Origin: Promethearchaeota archaeon
Lineage (GTDB): Archaea; Asgardarchaeota; Lokiarchaeia; Sigyniarchaeales; SOKP01
NCBI GenBank assembly: GCA_019058015.1
Contig: JAHLWH010000099.1
Location: 1-20,389, forward strand
Length of the DNA: 20,389 nt
Direction of reading: 5' to 3'
Shown here piece by piece: positions 17,489-20,389 of the stretch (the stretch's first letter is position 1; each line of letters starts with the position of its first letter). Position numbers and translations under genes: made by a program. Under the pieces are notes generated by a model. It was not told where the DNA came from and did not search any database. It was given only the letters and a program-made list of their open reading frames with translations.

Positions 17489-17651
17489 AAAAACTTATCC
17501 GAAATATCTTACCACTTTTTATTTCGCATTTCTCAATAGTCTAATAATAAATAAGAAAAAAAAGATGCTTAAATATTTTTACACCCTCCCGATTTTGCGT
17601 TTAATCCACTAATCCACATTCCGAATATTGGGAAAATAATTATTTAATTTA

Positions 17652-18608
17652 TCAAATTACAAAATTTTGATAACTTTTGTGCTCATCCAATATAAAGGTC
17701 GTAAAAGTATCTTCAATTTCTTCAGAATCATAAAGTCCTTTCATGAATTTACCAAAATCTTCAATTTCTTTAACTCTAATTACAGCAAATAATCCATATT
17801 GCTCTCCAATCCTAAATAAGTCAGTTATTTCTTCTTTTTTCTCTAATTTCAATGCGATTTCATTATATTTTGAAGAATCTTTTGGTTTAATTCGTACGAT
17901 AAATTTTCCATTATATCCTATTTTTTTGGGGTTAAAATTAATCGCATAATTAAGAATAATGCCATAATCTTCAAGTTTTTTTATCCTATGATATATAGTT
18001 GATTGAGATACTTCTTTATTATAATTTCTTTTAAAGATTTTAGTAATTTCATAAGTAGAAATTAATTTCAAGTCTTGATCTTGTTGAAGTATTTTCAGGA
18101 TTATATAATCAATTTCATCTACTTTATGACTTTGATTTAAATTGACTTCAGACAGTTTAATACCATTTGTTTTAAATACTTTTATGGTATCTACAATCTG
18201 GTATTTTCTAAAGCTCGAATTTGCTAATACTTTATCTAATAAATTTAACACCTTGTTAAATTCATCAGTATTTTTAAAAATAAAAAGTCCAATTAGTGAA
18301 AATTCTCCTAAAATGCCGTCTAACATTTTTAATTGAGGGATTTTTAATAGTTCCTCCAAAATTTGCGGTTCATTTGGATTTGTCTTGATTTCTACGATAA
18401 CAAATTTTAAGTTTGGTTGTATATGGGGATTAATATTAATTGTAAAATTATTAATTATATTATTTAACTTTAAATTATTGAAATTATTTATAATTGTTTT
18501 TCTAGCTAGTTTGAAATCTTTGGAGATCTTTGATATTATTGGTTTTGTCTTAGAATTTAACTTTTTTAATAATTTTATATGTTTAACTTGAATCTTGATA
18601 TTTTCCAT
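17652..18608 (-). CDS. Lrp/AsnC family regulator with duplicated HTH and ligand-binding modules
   Basis: VDEIDYIILKIL...VSQSTIYHRIKKLEDYGII and two RAM-like domains; divergent from ahcY. Confidence 0.85.
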   Translation of the reverse strand: MENIKIQVKHIKLLKKLNSKTKPIISKISKDFKLARKTIINNFNNLKLNNIINNFTININPHIQPNLKFVIVEIKTNPNEPQILEELLKIPQLKMLDGILGEFSLIGLFIFKNTDEFNKVLNLLDKVLANSSFRKYQIVDTIKVFKTNGIKLSEVNLNQSHKVDEIDYIILKILQQDQDLKLISTYEITKIFKRNYNKEVSQSTIYHRIKKLEDYGIILNYAINFNPKKIGYNGKFIVRIKPKDSSKYNEIALKLEKKEEITDLFRIGEQYGLFAVIRVKEIEDFGKFMKGLYDSEEIEDTFTTFILDEHKSYQNFVI

Positions 18609-18738
18609 ACTAATTCAATTAATTAATTGTGTAAATATATCTCTTATTATGTATGATTTTTTTAAGATTATATTTAAATATTATCATTAAATTATTAGAC
18701 TAATAAAAAAAATTTCAATATAAGAAAGTGGTTAAATT

Positions 18739-20001
18739 ATGGTAAAATATAAAGTTGCAGATGAGAGTTTAGCGGAAAAAGGGAAAGAAGCATTATATAT
18801 TGCCGAACGGAAAATGCCAGTAGTAGCTAAAGTAATAAGAGAACGTTTCGAAAAAGAAAAACCGCTTAAGGGAGTTACAATTGCTGGATGCCTTCATATT
18901 ACAAAGGAAACGGGAATTTTAGCTCGAACTTTAATCGCTGGAGGGGCAGAAGTGGCATTATGTGGATCAAACCCATTATCTACCCAAGACGATGTTGCTG
19001 CAGCCTTAGCAGAAGAGGGAGTTAATGTTTTCGCATGGCATGGAAATACCAGTGAAGAATTCTATTGGTGTATAAGACAATGTCTAGATTTAAAACCAAA
19101 TATTCTTATTGATGATGGAGGAGATCTTATTGTAACCGCACACCAAGAGTATCCCAATTTACTTAAAGCAGGAAATTTTTGGGGATGCCAAGAAGAAACT
19201 ACAACCGGAGTAAAGCGATTTAAAGCTATGGAAAAACAAGGAGTGTTAAAAGTTCCACTTTTTCCTGTTAATGATGCAAGATGTAAGAATCAATTTGATA
19301 ATGAACTTGGAACTGGCCAAGGTATTATTTCAGCAATCGATGGAATGCATATCTTAATGGCAGGAAAAAATTGTGTAATTGCAGGATTTGGACATTGTTC
19401 AAGTGGGATGGCTTTAAGAGCAAGAGGATTAGGAGCTAATGTAACTGTCACAGAAGTAGACCCAATTAAAGCATTAAAAGCAAAATATACTGGCTATAAT
19501 GTTATGCCTATAGATGAGGCAGTTAAAAATGCGGATGTTATTTTCACTGCTACTGGATGTAAAAATGTCATTGATGAGAGACATTTTAAAGATTTTAAAG
19601 ATGGTTTAATCTTGGGGAATTTGGGTCATTTTGATGTCGAAATAAATGTAGCGAAGTTGAGAGAATTTGCAAAAAGTGTAAAACCTATTCGACAAGACGT
19701 AGAGGAGTTTACTTTACCAAATGGAAATCGTGTTTACCTTTTAGCTCAAGGTAGGCTTGCTAATTTGGTTATTTCAGAAGGACACCCAAGTGAAGTAATG
19801 GATATGAGTTTTGCATTACAAGCATTAGTTTCAGAGTATATAGTGAAAAATAAGCAAGATTTAAAGCCAGGAATGATAACGAACCCAGAGGATATTGTCG
19901 ATCAAATCGGTTATCTTAAATTGCAATCTATGGGAATTAAAATTGATAAATTAACTGAAGAACAATATAACTATATCCACGGTTATGCCGAAGGAACTTA
20001 A
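18739..20001 (+). CDS. ahcY: Adenosylhomocysteinase (SAH hydrolase)
   Basis: GCLHITKET, SNPLSTQDDVAAAL, DDGGD, EETTTG, GHFDVEI, GRLANL and GHPSEVMDMSF. Confidence 0.97.
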   Translation: MVKYKVADESLAEKGKEALYIAERKMPVVAKVIRERFEKEKPLKGVTIAGCLHITKETGILARTLIAGGAEVALCGSNPLSTQDDVAAALAEEGVNVFAWHGNTSEEFYWCIRQCLDLKPNILIDDGGDLIVTAHQEYPNLLKAGNFWGCQEETTTGVKRFKAMEKQGVLKVPLFPVNDARCKNQFDNELGTGQGIISAIDGMHILMAGKNCVIAGFGHCSSGMALRARGLGANVTVTEVDPIKALKAKYTGYNVMPIDEAVKNADVIFTATGCKNVIDERHFKDFKDGLILGNLGHFDVEINVAKLREFAKSVKPIRQDVEEFTLPNGNRVYLLAQGRLANLVISEGHPSEVMDMSFALQALVSEYIVKNKQDLKPGMITNPEDIVDQIGYLKLQSMGIKIDKLTEEQYNYIHGYAEGT

Positions 20002-20168
20002 TTTTTTTTCATTTTTTTATCTTTTTTTTAATTATTTTAAGATTATCACTTTAGTAATTTGAAGATTCTCCGTGGATTTTAGAAATAATTGAGCGAATTA
20101 GACGTCTCTTCAAATGATCTACAAATCAGATTTACAAGTCCCGGTAATAAAGAATAAAAAATTAGAAA

Positions 20169-20387
20169 TTAATTAGATGAATCTATCAATTTTATATAAT
20201 TTATGCAAATCTCTAGTACTTTCCCTAAAGATTCTTTATCAACAACTTCTGGCGTATCTTCTCTGGTATGATAAAAAGGTGGAAGTTCTTCTTTAAGATC
20301 AAGTCCAGATATTGTTACAGCAGGTAACCCTTTACGAACAAAAGCAGCTCCATCAGTTGCACCAAAAGTGAGAGGGCCAGTTTTAAT
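20169..20387 (-). CDS. M28 family metallopeptidase, C-terminal part, truncated by the window edge
   Basis: Minus strand reads IKTGPLTFGATDGAAFVRKGLPAVTISGLDLKEELPPFYHTREDTPEVVDKESLGKVLEICINYIKLIDSSN*. The TD..AF and YHT..DT motifs are typical of M28. Not in the ORF track. Confidence 0.8.
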   Translation of the reverse strand: MKTGPLTFGATDGAAFVRKGLPAVTISGLDLKEELPPFYHTREDTPEVVDKESLGKVLEICINYIKLIDSSN

Positions 20388-20389
20388 AT

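Overview
AT-rich archaeal window, most consistent with an Asgard (Lokiarchaeia-like) genome. The assignment rests on roadblock proteins, a longin/small-GTPase gene, an SDS22-type LRR protein, TFB, Gar1 and the archaeosine genes ArcS/RaSEA. In order, the window holds: the 3' end of a TnpB gene with downstream hairpins; a UroD/MtaA-family protein; a GNAT; a longin-GTPase fusion interrupted by one in-frame TGA; a mosaic of deleted gene fragments (Lrp regulator, ABC ATPase, thiolase); a DUF35 protein; an Lrp regulator with an ABC-2 exporter operon; a ~310-nt ORF-free structured segment with a TATA-like box and T-tract (candidate ncRNA); two roadblock-type genes; a stand-alone 89-aa 'mini-TFB' just downstream of tfb; gar1; RaSEA and arcS; a Cwh43/PGAP2IP-like membrane EEP protein; an LRR protein; an Lrp regulator divergent from ahcY; and the 3' end of an M28 peptidase. 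The most unusual stretch is 7.4-10.5 kb: the candidate ncRNA, the mini-TFB, a 16-bp upstream motif it shares with a roadblock-like gene, and a tfb whose Zn ribbon begins upstream of any in-frame ATG/GTG/TTG. All calls are from motif recognition by eye; no searches were run.
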